NCBI GenBank assembly: GCA_051294375.1
Contig: CM119267.1
Span: 15,664,105-15,728,104, forward strand
Reading direction: 5' to 3'
DNA from: Paraspadella gotoi
Lineage: Eukaryota; Animalia; Chaetognatha
Length of the DNA: 64,000 nucleotides
Within the stretch, counting starts at the first letter, position 1. Each line of letters starts with the position of its first letter. The position numbers were made by a program, and so were the translations under genes. Below, piece by piece: positions 22,401 through 32,163 of this stretch. Below the pieces are notes generated by a model that did not search any database, was not told where the DNA came from, and was given only the letters and a program-made list of their open reading frames with translations.

Positions 22401-25400
22401 AGTATGTTGAATAATTTGGGAAGAAAATTCATTCAAAATACTTTCAACAGGATATTTGAATATTTGTCCAACGACATGCTTGCTTACAGATGGAAGACTA
22501 TTTCGTATGCAAAACTCGAACCAATCTGGTAAAGAATCTACATATAATGGGTTCAACCGACCCAAGGTACCATCTTCATATTCTTGAATTAACTGACTCA
22601 ATAAACTATCGATATCCGTTTTATTAGAAACGTCTTTCACTTCCCTGTCACAGTGTTGTTTTGAAAATGAAAAATTTCTCAACTTGTATCTTAATTTATC
22701 CAACAATGTGTCCTTCTTTAATAAAACGGTTTCAGCGGAATTTTCAGATGTTTCTGTATTGGAATCTAAAATTTCGGTAACTTGCTGCCTTAAATAAAAA
22801 TGACTTGGTTTAAGACATATAGGCGCAGTTAAAAAATGATATTCCATAAAAAAATCTAATAGCGAATGTTGAACACTTGCTTTTAATCTCTCTGTGAGAA
22901 AACTCATATCATCATCTCCCCTCGACCAAATGAGAAATAAAATAGACGTTGATTGTCCAGGTATTATGGAACCAGAATTAGATCTTTGTAACCGGGACCT
23001 ATTTGGCTTAATGTCTGAATACGACGTTAATTCAGTTAACTCATTTTGAAAATCAATTATGGAAAATTCTTCAAGCCAAGCATCAGGGCATGGTCTTTCA
23101 CAATTACTTAATTGTGAAGAGAGAGCTTTTAATCCAATACAACAAAGCCCTATATTTCCAACACTGCTTCTTTTATGACTATTGAATAAAAAAACCTCTC
23201 CTTCATGAAATACAGTAGGAGGCTCTTGACTGTAATCAACAAAATGATTCAGGGGATTAGCATCCATATACTTAGGATTGTTGAGAAATTGTAACAGATT
23301 CTGACCTAGATAAAATCTGATTGCAGCAAGCCTGGAATGATAGAATGAGTTAAGTTCAAAACGTATCTGATGTTTGGGTTTTGTCATAGGTGGTTGAATA
23401 AAATGAACGTCCTCACTTTGTAATTTTAGCTGAGGATTCCTCAAAAGCAAAAGTTCAATTTGGTCTAATGTTGCATCGTCAAGTCTTTTCTGTAAAACCT
23501 CAACTAACTGTTCTTTTAATTCTTGGCCTACGGATTTTATTCCATACACCGTTAATTCTATGCAATCTTGTGTTTTACTTTTGTTCAACGAGCCTTTTTC
23601 AATTTTTGCAGTTTTTTGAGAATGGTTATTTCCACCGTGTATAGAAGGATTCAATATTTCAGAACGTTGAACAGTTGTTTCCGTTGAAATAAGATAAAAT
23701 ACATTACCGGTAGAAGTCTCTTTGTATACATACATGTCACGTCGATTTTTAACAGAAAATTTGTCTAAAATACTTTTGACTTTTTCAAGCATTGCCGCTT
23801 TTCCAGCAGCAGTTTTCAATCTTGGATGCAAGGGAAAAGCTCTTTTCCAAACACAATCACACTGAAAGTAACCAGGGGCTATATCAGGACACCAAAGAAA
23901 TCCACTCTCGCCAAATTCTTCAGAATCATCGTCATCATCATCGTCTTCACTTAAATCATTAAATCCTTTCTGTATTTTTTTTTGAAACTTGATTGGATTA
24001 CGGTGTCGCCAAGCATCCTCATCAGACGGAGGAACAAGCATTCTGTGACAGTTTCTCGTTATATACAGATCTTCCAAAAGCAAATGCTGATTAACATTAC
24101 GACTAATTTGTTTTATTTTGTTAATAACTTGAGTATAGACCGTTCGTTTACTGTCACCATCATCTGGATCATGAGTTATTGATATAAGACCATTGCCTAA
24201 ATCTCGAGTATGCCAATTTACTGTAACAACATAATCACCTCCCTTGCTTGAAGGAGGCAAAATTTGAACTATCAACCACAGATCAAGAAACCTTTTTTCA
24301 ATAGTGTCTGATAAAATATTTGGAATTTTTTTTTCAATACTTATTTCTTCCGAGAGATCACAATTATTTATTCTTTTAGTATTGCACTCATCAGTATCAG
24401 AATCGCTCTCTGATTCCATTGAAGATCCGCCATCATATCCTGCTTCTGTGAAGCTACTGACAGATGAATTTTGGAATGAGGAAAACCTCGATGTACCTTC
24501 AAATCGACCAATTCCATCTTTTGTGAGTTTCAATTTATCTGATGCATTTTTCTTTGATGGATACGAAAAATAACCCCCGCTACCATGGCGAATTTTGCAA
24601 TCATTTAAAAGAGAATTTTCTACTGGATACTTTTTACAATCAAGAGGAAAAGAAACTGAAGAGTTCGATCTTTTGAGATTACATTGAAATGGTTGAAAAT
24701 CGTGATCATCATTTTCATTATCTGACAATAAGGATTTTTCTTGTTTCAATCCCGATTCTATTTCAGCATTTAAAATACATGTGCGATCAAGATACGAACT
24801 ATATTCTACATCTTCAGAGGCCTTCTCCTTTACTCGCAGAAAAGAACTGCTGCTATCAGATTCACTTCCAATATCATTAGACTCTATGCTCAGCATTTTT
24901 TGTCTTACCTTTCGTTCAGTTTTTCTCTTTTTAACTTTGGGAGTTGATACTTCAATTTCACTGGCAGAAAGTTTATCTGCATTCAAATCTTTATTACTTA
25001 AAATGTAATAATAATATTTTTCAGCCTCTTTTTTAACTTCATATCCACAAACATAGGAATTTTCAAATTCATCTATAAAGCGTCCCAATGATATATCTGG
25101 GCCAAACACAAACTGAAGTTTAACATCATGATGGATGCAATTAGTCAAAGTCGCGGCACCTCTAATATGTTTTACTACATAATTTAATACATCTCCACTG
25201 ACATCACCAGTTCTGTGAAGAGCGCCAACAATTTCATCTTTCAACATCCAATTTATTTCATCTATACAACGTTTTACAGCTGTGTATTGAAAATGAGGCA
25301 ATTTCTCTAACTTCCCTAAGAGAGAGGGTTCCATAATAGAATCAGTGTTTGTTTCTTGACCATCGTCAGAATTTCTCTCCATCTTTTGAATAAAACCTTG

Positions 25401-28400
25401 GGGTTCGCCACCAACAAAGGCAGATGGGAGATCAGAATCTTCAGGAAGGGTTAAAAAATTAAAATCAAGAGATATAATAAGCTTAGTAAGGTCAACAACT
25501 TCGTCCTTATCTTTTACTAGAATCAAATTTTCATGAAGATCTCTTAAGCAAGTCGGTAAACCTGAAACTGGAATAGAAACAAATTTTCCATTTTCCTTGT
25601 TCCGAATAGAACAAGTTAAATACAAAAACAATGGAACTGACTTCTCATCATCTACATCGTCAATAAATATTTCTTCCTCAATATTTTTGGAAGATGAAAC
25701 ATCATCATCAGATGAAAAAAATCTGGAAAAATCCGTAGCAGGAACTTCAGATGGCTCTACACTTAAAGCTTCCTGATTACCTATACCAGAGAAGTTTATT
25801 CCATCTTCCATTGTTCCTTCCAAACTAATGAAAGATTCTGTTTTTTTCAAACTGCAAGAAAAAAAATACATATTGCCACCTCGTGAAGATGGAATTGGTT
25901 TAAATGAAGAAGATATCATTTCATTAAATTTGCTTTTGATTACTTGGTGCAATCCTAAAGTGGTTTCCCATAAATTTGATTCATTTAGCTCATTAAGAAA
26001 AAGCATGCAATCTTCTGTTTCATCAGAAATTTGACCTAATAACTTTTTTTTAGCAAACACGGGCGATACATGACCACAGACCATTTCAAGAAATGACGTT
26101 ATATCAATTTCTAATAACGATTCTTCACAAAATTCGTCAATCGCCCGTTGGACGTCTAAAGGATCAACCAGTAAACCCGTCTGCAGACAACGATAGAGTG
26201 CTTTGATGTAACCTCGGTTGAAAGTTTCAAAAACTTGACCATAATGATCCTTTAAGCCCAATGCACTCCCAAATACAGCGTCAAACACAGCAGATTGTGA
26301 ATAATCATCGCTTTCTTCTCTGTGACGAGTTTGAATATCTTCAGTCAAGCCCTCATCTGTTGAATTTTCATTAATATTAATTTCCTGGTGTTCTGTCCTT
26401 AGGGTTTTATCTATAAAAATATCATCATAATACTTTTTTTCATTCCATACTCCAGATATAAGGTCTTTAACAATGACTTGCATGGAGCATCGAAAAATAA
26501 AAACCGGTAAATAAAGACTTTCATCAGCCTGCCCAGAGTTGTTTTTAGAACTAAAAACGCAATTCTCTATTTCTTCCTTACAAGCTGGTGACTTTACGTC
26601 TTCATTATCAAAACAAGGAATGGATTTCTCAGGACTAACTGAAGGAAAATTATCTTGAAAATTTTCAGTTGGCAATTGAGTAACACTAACACTTAGAGGA
26701 GAGTTAACCACAGAAGATTTTGTTTTAAGTTTGCTTACATTGCTATTTCTTTGATTTGTTCCAACGGATAAGGTGCTGCTTCTTGATCTACCTATAATAT
26801 TTTCAGATTCTGGAGTTGACTGGTTATCATGATCATCTAAAAAAGTACTTCTTCCTCCTGTTGAACCTCGAGCTGAAGATTTAGTAGCATTTGATTGCTT
26901 AGGGCACAATAAATTAATCAAATCAGTAAAAGTAGCAGGAACTAAAGTGATAAAACATTCAGTGGATGAAACGCATTTGATAAAACATCTCCATCTCGGA
27001 ACAATGTAACAAATATTACAAACATTTTTTGTTTTACTTGAGTCGGAATGAAACAAGCATTGCATACAATTATTTGAACAATGGCCATTCAATTTATCAT
27101 CATATGATTTTCCGACGCTTTGCCATTCATTTGGCCATATTAATCCTCTAGTTGGATCAGTCTCTTGTCTTTTTACGCATTTTAAAACAAAATCAAAAGA
27201 TTCTTCAGAATTTAAGTTTATTTCAGAATCATTAAGTCGTATTAGACCTTCCAAAAAATTAGCAAAAAGCATTTGATTCATAGGAGTGGTCTGCCTGGCT
27301 ATTACTGATAAAGGACTTTGAACCGTTTCAATTGTAGAATTACGATTTTGTAAATTAATATTTACTGCATTTAATCTTTCATCTTGACCAGAATCATCTA
27401 CTAGGTAACCATATGGTACATTTTTTAATGGTGGTCTTAAAATCGGTAATAAAACGTGCACCTGTTGACCTAAGTCAAGCAAATTTAGTAGATTAAATTT
27501 GTGATTAAACATATGAATATGGGAAGAACAAGTACCGCCACCATCAACACCGATAGAGTCGGGCAAAATTCCGTTTATCATATCAGTGGTAAAACCAGAT
27601 TGATGTTTACTTCTAAATTCGTGTACTAGTTCAATGGCTTTATCCTGTTCCAATGATCCAAATTGGTCCTTGGTAATCGGTACATCACAAATTAATACCA
27701 AAGTTTCAAAGGTTAGCATTACAGATAGAGTTTTCATATCAATCGGCAAAAAAGATTGTGCTAGGTTTTCATAATTACAACCATGCAAATAAGTTGGCAA
27801 AGGCAAAGCATCATTTCCCCCCAGTGCTGCAAATGCATGGCCGTCTTGAGGAGTAACCCAACATTCCAAAGCAATTTGAACATTTGGTAGATTTTGATTA
27901 GATTCGTGGTTGCTTAAATCATCGGTATGTGATGTTAATCCATCATCAGTGTCAATATCTGAAAAACTATCTTCATGTGCAACCATTAAATTTGGTGGGA
28001 ATATAATGTATTGTATAACAGAAGTATAAAGATTTTTCTGATTTTGCAATGGTAAAGAGCCGCTATTCATTGCAACTTCAAGAACAAGGTTAACGATTCC
28101 TTGACTTGCATAAGCAAAATGAAATCCTTCCTTTAAGCGAATTTTTGTTAAAGTTGACAGAACTCTACCTAAAGCGAAATTGGAAATTGTAATTGAATCA
28201 CAGATTGGAGAAATAGTCCAAATCCATCTTTGATGAAATAAATATTTTGATAATGCCGTATATAGGTTTGAAGTTGGAGTAGTAGCATAAAAAGAGCTAT
28301 CAGCATAACTAAATATTAAAAAGTTTTCTGGAACCTTCTCATAGCGAATTAATATTCGCTCTACAGGATGATGGAGCATTATACAACAAACATCTAAGTC

Positions 28401-30764
28401 TTTTGTTACTGCCAGCCCTTCTTTCTTTTCAAAAACAGGAGTCAATGTCACAGAACTTGGATGTTTGCTTCTTCCCGACATCTTTCTGGTAGGGCTATCT
28501 CCTCTGGGCAAAGGACGAGGAGGAAATTTCAAATTTCTGACAGCCTGAATTAAATTCCATTCAATTTCATGTCTAGTTGAACCAGACGTCCCACCTTGAA
28601 ATGCCAGCCATAAAACAACACAAGGAGGTTTCATAACCACCCTCAGAAGATAAAACGATGCCGGGGTGGAAGTATCACCATCATGCTGTGGAAGTAGTTG
28701 TATATATGAATGATTTTCCATTAAAACAAAACTACTCCAATTACTCAAAAATGAGGCCAACTGGGTTGCAGCTTGCCTGCAGGTAATTACTGAATATCGT
28801 CCATTTGAATTTTGAGTATGAAGATGTCTGGGAAGTGGACCGTTATCGTGTCTTAAAATTAATCCTATTCTGTGTGTGTGCAACCATTTTTGCCAAATAT
28901 TAATATCTAGCATTAAAATAGGTTTCCAAAACGAGGTAAACTGAGTAAAATTATAATCTTTACTTACATTTTGAACAGAGAGCTCAAATTGTTGATGTTG
29001 CATGGAATGAATAGCATCAACAGGTAAATAATACAATGGCACTCTATTTTTAACAGAATCTGGTAAAGTATAATAAGCGGGATTAAATGAAAAAGATTGC
29101 ATGTGAACCAAAAATTGGTCAGTTTGAGACAAACTGTGTAAAACTTGACGAAATTTTTTGACTGTCATGTCCCGCTGAGGATTTTTTTTCCGCAGTTCTT
29201 GAGGTTGACTCAAATCATGCAAAAAGTAATAATTCGCTTCTAAAGTTATTTCTACATGTGTAATTGAGGAAGTATTTAATGATAAGGGCCATGAACAGAC
29301 AGCTAAGTACTCAATACGAACATTGTGACGCCAAGGCAATGCCAAATATACTTCAATTTTTGTATCACTTTGGCTGAACTGAACAGACTTAATTGTGTAA
29401 CCTTCGCGTAGCCTTAATGCAAGAATAGCAGCAAGAGAGGCATGAACGTCATAAGCTAATTGGCGTTTACGCAGTAATAACTGAATCATGTTGTGGGCCT
29501 CGCTCGAAATTGAAGGATCTTCCTGGAGAAATATTCCTGCAGCGACGGCACCTTTACATTTTGGTTGAGGCGGAAGAGAAAAACTCAATCTAAAGCCGTC
29601 TAAACCTTTCTGAAAATCCCAACATAATAAAGCTTGATGGTATATATTCATTTCAACTTGTATGTTATTAGGAATATCGGGGCAAGTTTCAAGATAAGCT
29701 CCGAAAGTAGCAGTGGCTAAAAATTGGAGAACGTCTGTATTAGGAATGTACCCAAACCCGTTTTGAGGATGAAAAGGAGTAGCCACTTGTAAGAAAGAAC
29801 AGGCAACTGTAGCGTCTCGAAGCTGTGATAACAAGGCATCTAAATAAAGTGGGTCTGGTGTACCTGTCATACCATCAGTTATAACGATTGCCAGTCTACT
29901 AGCTTTTTCAGGAAGCAATTCCAAAGATAGCAAACTATATCTTAAGAGTGTAACTAGTCCGACATCTGGGCTGCTCAAAATCTTTTGCTTTGGATATATA
30001 TCATCTAAAAGCCGAGCACTATTTGGGTCTTCCCCGTCGTCTGATATTAGAACAGATCTCTGAATTTCTTCTTCATCGGACCACCCCATTAAGCTCTTGG
30101 TACAATTGGCAACAGATGTTTCAAACTGCTTCAGTTTAGTTTGAATAAGTTCCAAATAAATAGAAACATTTTGATCGTCGACCGTTACTCCTTGAAGCAA
30201 TACTTGAGGAGTTGAGCAGCTCATGAACGGAGAGTTTGCGAGAATACATAAGTGAAACAAGGGCGTAAACAGAAGTCTAGTTCCGGGTACATAAAACGGT
30301 CGAGTAACTCCAAATAGTACTTTCTTTAACGCGGCAATTTGAGCGTCACTTATGACACAGCCAGTATGTATGTCCACAAAAGCCGAGGATGGACTCAAAT
30401 CCAAAGCTACGACTAATCTATATTGACGTGCGAGAAAAATGACCCGAGTTTTATTTGTAAGGTAGTATTCTACTACATTCTGAGCTCCTATTTCATTAAT
30501 TTCTTTTATTGCCGTCGATAATTCGGAATTTACGCTATCTTCATTGCTGGTACTTCTGTTAAGATTTTGAGCGGAAAGGGAAGGAGGCGGGAGAACAGAA
30601 AGGACTTCGAGCTCGGCAGTTTCGTCACAGTCCTTCCAATGTCTTTTAGGAGAAAACTTGAGAATTTGGTTAAGATGGGAGAGATACCAAGCGGCTCTCC
30701 GATTTCGGGACACCCGATAATCCCGTCGCATAATTATGTAAACGTGAGTCGCTTCGACAGGCAT
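19473..30764 (-). CDS. SZT2: KICSTOR scaffold protein SZT2, single 11.3-kb exon, 3763 aa
   Basis: N-terminal YRVSRNRRAAWYL, FLARQYRLVVALDLSPS, IVITDG, RLREGYTI, LPWRHNVRIEY, FWKPILMLDINIWQKWLHTHR and C-terminal HLNSFSHDFHLR motifs characteristic of SZT2. Confidence 0.93.
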   Translation of the reverse strand: MPVEATHVYIIMRRDYRVSRNRRAAWYLSHLNQILKFSPKRHWKDCDETAELEVLSVLPPPSLSAQNLNRSTSNEDSVNSELSTAIKEINEIGAQNVVEYYLTNKTRVIFLARQYRLVVALDLSPSSAFVDIHTGCVISDAQIAALKKVLFGVTRPFYVPGTRLLFTPLFHLCILANSPFMSCSTPQVLLQGVTVDDQNVSIYLELIQTKLKQFETSVANCTKSLMGWSDEEEIQRSVLISDDGEDPNSARLLDDIYPKQKILSSPDVGLVTLLRYSLLSLELLPEKASRLAIVITDGMTGTPDPLYLDALLSQLRDATVACSFLQVATPFHPQNGFGYIPNTDVLQFLATATFGAYLETCPDIPNNIQVEMNIYHQALLCWDFQKGLDGFRLSFSLPPQPKCKGAVAAGIFLQEDPSISSEAHNMIQLLLRKRQLAYDVHASLAAILALRLREGYTIKSVQFSQSDTKIEVYLALPWRHNVRIEYLAVCSWPLSLNTSSITHVEITLEANYYFLHDLSQPQELRKKNPQRDMTVKKFRQVLHSLSQTDQFLVHMQSFSFNPAYYTLPDSVKNRVPLYYLPVDAIHSMQHQQFELSVQNVSKDYNFTQFTSFWKPILMLDINIWQKWLHTHRIGLILRHDNGPLPRHLHTQNSNGRYSVITCRQAATQLASFLSNWSSFVLMENHSYIQLLPQHDGDTSTPASFYLLRVVMKPPCVVLWLAFQGGTSGSTRHEIEWNLIQAVRNLKFPPRPLPRGDSPTRKMSGRSKHPSSVTLTPVFEKKEGLAVTKDLDVCCIMLHHPVERILIRYEKVPENFLIFSYADSSFYATTPTSNLYTALSKYLFHQRWIWTISPICDSITISNFALGRVLSTLTKIRLKEGFHFAYASQGIVNLVLEVAMNSGSLPLQNQKNLYTSVIQYIIFPPNLMVAHEDSFSDIDTDDGLTSHTDDLSNHESNQNLPNVQIALECWVTPQDGHAFAALGGNDALPLPTYLHGCNYENLAQSFLPIDMKTLSVMLTFETLVLICDVPITKDQFGSLEQDKAIELVHEFRSKHQSGFTTDMINGILPDSIGVDGGGTCSSHIHMFNHKFNLLNLLDLGQQVHVLLPILRPPLKNVPYGYLVDDSGQDERLNAVNINLQNRNSTIETVQSPLSVIARQTTPMNQMLFANFLEGLIRLNDSEINLNSEESFDFVLKCVKRQETDPTRGLIWPNEWQSVGKSYDDKLNGHCSNNCMQCLFHSDSSKTKNVCNICYIVPRWRCFIKCVSSTECFITLVPATFTDLINLLCPKQSNATKSSARGSTGGRSTFLDDHDNQSTPESENIIGRSRSSTLSVGTNQRNSNVSKLKTKSSVVNSPLSVSVTQLPTENFQDNFPSVSPEKSIPCFDNEDVKSPACKEEIENCVFSSKNNSGQADESLYLPVFIFRCSMQVIVKDLISGVWNEKKYYDDIFIDKTLRTEHQEININENSTDEGLTEDIQTRHREESDDYSQSAVFDAVFGSALGLKDHYGQVFETFNRGYIKALYRCLQTGLLVDPLDVQRAIDEFCEESLLEIDITSFLEMVCGHVSPVFAKKKLLGQISDETEDCMLFLNELNESNLWETTLGLHQVIKSKFNEMISSSFKPIPSSRGGNMYFFSCSLKKTESFISLEGTMEDGINFSGIGNQEALSVEPSEVPATDFSRFFSSDDDVSSSKNIEEEIFIDDVDDEKSVPLFLYLTCSIRNKENGKFVSIPVSGLPTCLRDLHENLILVKDKDEVVDLTKLIISLDFNFLTLPEDSDLPSAFVGGEPQGFIQKMERNSDDGQETNTDSIMEPSLLGKLEKLPHFQYTAVKRCIDEINWMLKDEIVGALHRTGDVSGDVLNYVVKHIRGAATLTNCIHHDVKLQFVFGPDISLGRFIDEFENSYVCGYEVKKEAEKYYYYILSNKDLNADKLSASEIEVSTPKVKKRKTERKVRQKMLSIESNDIGSESDSSSSFLRVKEKASEDVEYSSYLDRTCILNAEIESGLKQEKSLLSDNENDDHDFQPFQCNLKRSNSSVSFPLDCKKYPVENSLLNDCKIRHGSGGYFSYPSKKNASDKLKLTKDGIGRFEGTSRFSSFQNSSVSSFTEAGYDGGSSMESESDSDTDECNTKRINNCDLSEEISIEKKIPNILSDTIEKRFLDLWLIVQILPPSSKGGDYVVTVNWHTRDLGNGLISITHDPDDGDSKRTVYTQVINKIKQISRNVNQHLLLEDLYITRNCHRMLVPPSDEDAWRHRNPIKFQKKIQKGFNDLSEDDDDDDDSEEFGESGFLWCPDIAPGYFQCDCVWKRAFPLHPRLKTAAGKAAMLEKVKSILDKFSVKNRRDMYVYKETSTGNVFYLISTETTVQRSEILNPSIHGGNNHSQKTAKIEKGSLNKSKTQDCIELTVYGIKSVGQELKEQLVEVLQKRLDDATLDQIELLLLRNPQLKLQSEDVHFIQPPMTKPKHQIRFELNSFYHSRLAAIRFYLGQNLLQFLNNPKYMDANPLNHFVDYSQEPPTVFHEGEVFLFNSHKRSSVGNIGLCCIGLKALSSQLSNCERPCPDAWLEEFSIIDFQNELTELTSYSDIKPNRSRLQRSNSGSIIPGQSTSILFLIWSRGDDDMSFLTERLKASVQHSLLDFFMEYHFLTAPICLKPSHFYLRQQVTEILDSNTETSENSAETVLLKKDTLLDKLRYKLRNFSFSKQHCDREVKDVSNKTDIDSLLSQLIQEYEDGTLGRLNPLYVDSLPDWFEFCIRNSLPSVSKHVVGQIFKYPVESILNEFSSQIIQHTPDSPCRLFRFDDYSDKYFLVSHYKRNTKSEKPNQWIMISRNNNVWRKFLHEKQNEVKLTKDTNFFQKFQPLDTEIQLSQPLSSENFNLIVPRQKLIFIKACDKQLILYSYNLHPTIQASLSSTLQKLSQWFNARSHLMTSIVMQKMGLFHHYKFGDLSSEPFSNDTNPYITDEKNAEELIRLTKPKIYSLQSHRGRSSSLLKLNTQVSRVNEDVSMSSPSANESQIVNDVLRDAMPPKPLHVCSYDIAKDVIQKHGKQLLEVRHTEKIQRDKWQRLDELHYFWTESVGPTVNVPITSDLLRLLKKNSRLLHFVSSPLLFSPIWRESLLRGQNSLSSINVGKSSEPEWHQDIKNRFVQEYIQFLQSLGFVLVQTRSSSPKRQIQGRSLSSFSNYHPPLTQISSPTIRRESTESDPTQVLSKFLQKSFPAGIILLELAWTTGDTSQQRRLFSVKLYVLDCFHDLVENSKSSQIKIFLEEVDRLKDMTHLNSFSHDFHLRHIMDHISARSSILPRDYHLPSFAYDFSKFFTIAPRWARNKLLKGVISVNLASMSCSTVYEYLLCQDKQFNLKGKRIKPIESDFLEASGEMASTSAEYALTQHSIRKVTVPPEIPFASLPRRPAEEVDVGLIIYYNEKDTARMDLNNLSLKSKGVISSSNCHNLVLQFYLLGTSRRNLFPRITLDKLTVKNSTNNPPINVTQTLKDVDINSDTENGTNTVITTKRARSESFSLTKVTNNDNTVSWTSKTSMSSKDQIETAAGLVLESEMDSTRDRIVKLILEAKKHCRREDLWRRLVKGEDEAKARDSGNEHVAKLAFYEFEELMNSTSIFRRLIDADPQIHSFLNMNINWFQRLAKYLVNKFGESNCKIFESNDKVEHYYVILNPKNLKILVCLYLNTLTGTKDVICLCQDGPPQSLKHNRSSSFIVENESGTTVVDANVRLSNSMNNSRSLNELALQELVEDMINAMLFFMWMSLLA

Positions 30765-31182
30765 AATTATGTTTTAGTGAGAAAAGAAAGTTCTTCAGAG
30801 CTATCTTTAAAAAAATAGTCAAAAGTTTTCAACGCTCAAAAACCAAGAAAGAACTAAGCAATCTGCCCCACAACGGCATTTCTCCATGAGTAATAATGGA
30901 TTTAGCAGCTTTGTGTGAAAGTGACATAGTACTACTGTAAAATTTCAACGCAAAATAAATGTATAACAAAAGCAAAATCGCAGTTGCCTAATAATGAAAG
31001 AAATCGATATAAAAGACACACAAGACACACAAGCAAGGTCATAAAACATTTGAGCAAAAAATAAAAATTTTCGAAGACTTTCGAAATTTTTAAAATGCAC
31101 AGAATTAATGCATTAATAAAAAATCTAAAAAATTCTAAAAAAATTTTTTGGCCTTTCATATCTATAAATAAATATTAAAAAA

Positions 31183-32115
31183 ATCTTAAAAGCATAAGGA
31201 TCGTCGCAATCGCATAAGAAAAATCTGGATTGACGACAAATTATGATACCAAAAAAAATAAAATTTGAAAAAAGAAAATTAATTTATAAACAGAAAGAAA
31301 AATTTTATTTTGCGATTGTCAATTAAAAAAAAATAATAAAGTACAAAGAAAATTAAAGTTAGTTTCTGAAAAAAGGGAAAAAAATGAAAAAGTTTTTTTT
31401 GTCATTGTCAATTGTCATTGTTAAATAAACTGATCAGCAGAGGCAGCCCCTGAGAAAAAAAATTTGAGAAAAAAAAATTTATATTAAAAATTCTATTTTG
31501 CGATTGTCAATTAAAAAAATAATAAATTACCGAGGAAAATTAAAGTTACAGTTTCTGAAAAAAAAAAAAATTTCATTGTCAAAAAATAAACTGTTCAGAA
31601 GACGCAGCCCCTGAGAAAAAAAAACGGAATAAAAACCCGTTGTTGCGATAGCAAAATGATAAAATGCATGAATGCGATGCCTAATTTTATGAGTTCAATC
31701 CTAATTCTTTTTTTTTTTAAATAAAAACGAAGAGAAAGTGACAGAAAAAAGAAAGCAATCAAAAGGCAGCAGNNNNNNNNNNAATTAAAAAAAAATAATA
31801 AAGTACAAAGAAAATTAAAGTTAGTTTCTGAAAAAAGGGAAAAAAATGAAAAAGTTTTTTTTGTCATTGTCAATTGTCATTGTTAAATAAACTGATCAGC
31901 AGAGGCAGCCCCTGAGAAAAAAAATTTGAGAAAAAAAAATTTATATTAAAAATTCTATTTTGCNNNNNNNNNNTTCAGCTTCATACATTTTCAACTTAAT
32001 CATAAAAAAGGCGATCTATAATTTGGAACGCCGACAACGACGACGACAACTACGCCACTTATGCACAAAAGCGTTACAATATCGTCGAAACGCTAAGCGA
32101 TTGCGACGATAAAAA
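31183..32115 (+). mobile_element. Helentron/HINE (DINE-1-like) non-autonomous element containing A-rich tandem repeats and two assembly gaps
   Basis: Subterminal inverted repeat ATCGTCGCAATCGC (31200-31213) / GCGATTGCGACGAT (32097-32110), (GAC)n microsatellite and 3' hairpin. Same architecture as the element at 35838-40086. Confidence 0.55.
31300..31963. repeat. ~190-bp A-rich tandem repeat; 31321-31502 is duplicated at 31783-31963 between N gaps
   Basis: Direct sequence identity. The flanking N runs suggest an unresolved assembly. Confidence 0.8.
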
Positions 32116-32163
32116 TAAATCAATGACACAAAATTATGTATTATCATGTATCTATTTTGATCG

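Noticed and set aside
31783-31963. Exact duplication as a biological repeat array or CRISPR-like locus
   Set aside because: It is bounded by N gaps and has no spacer structure; likely an assembly artefact of a tandem repeat in a eukaryotic genome.
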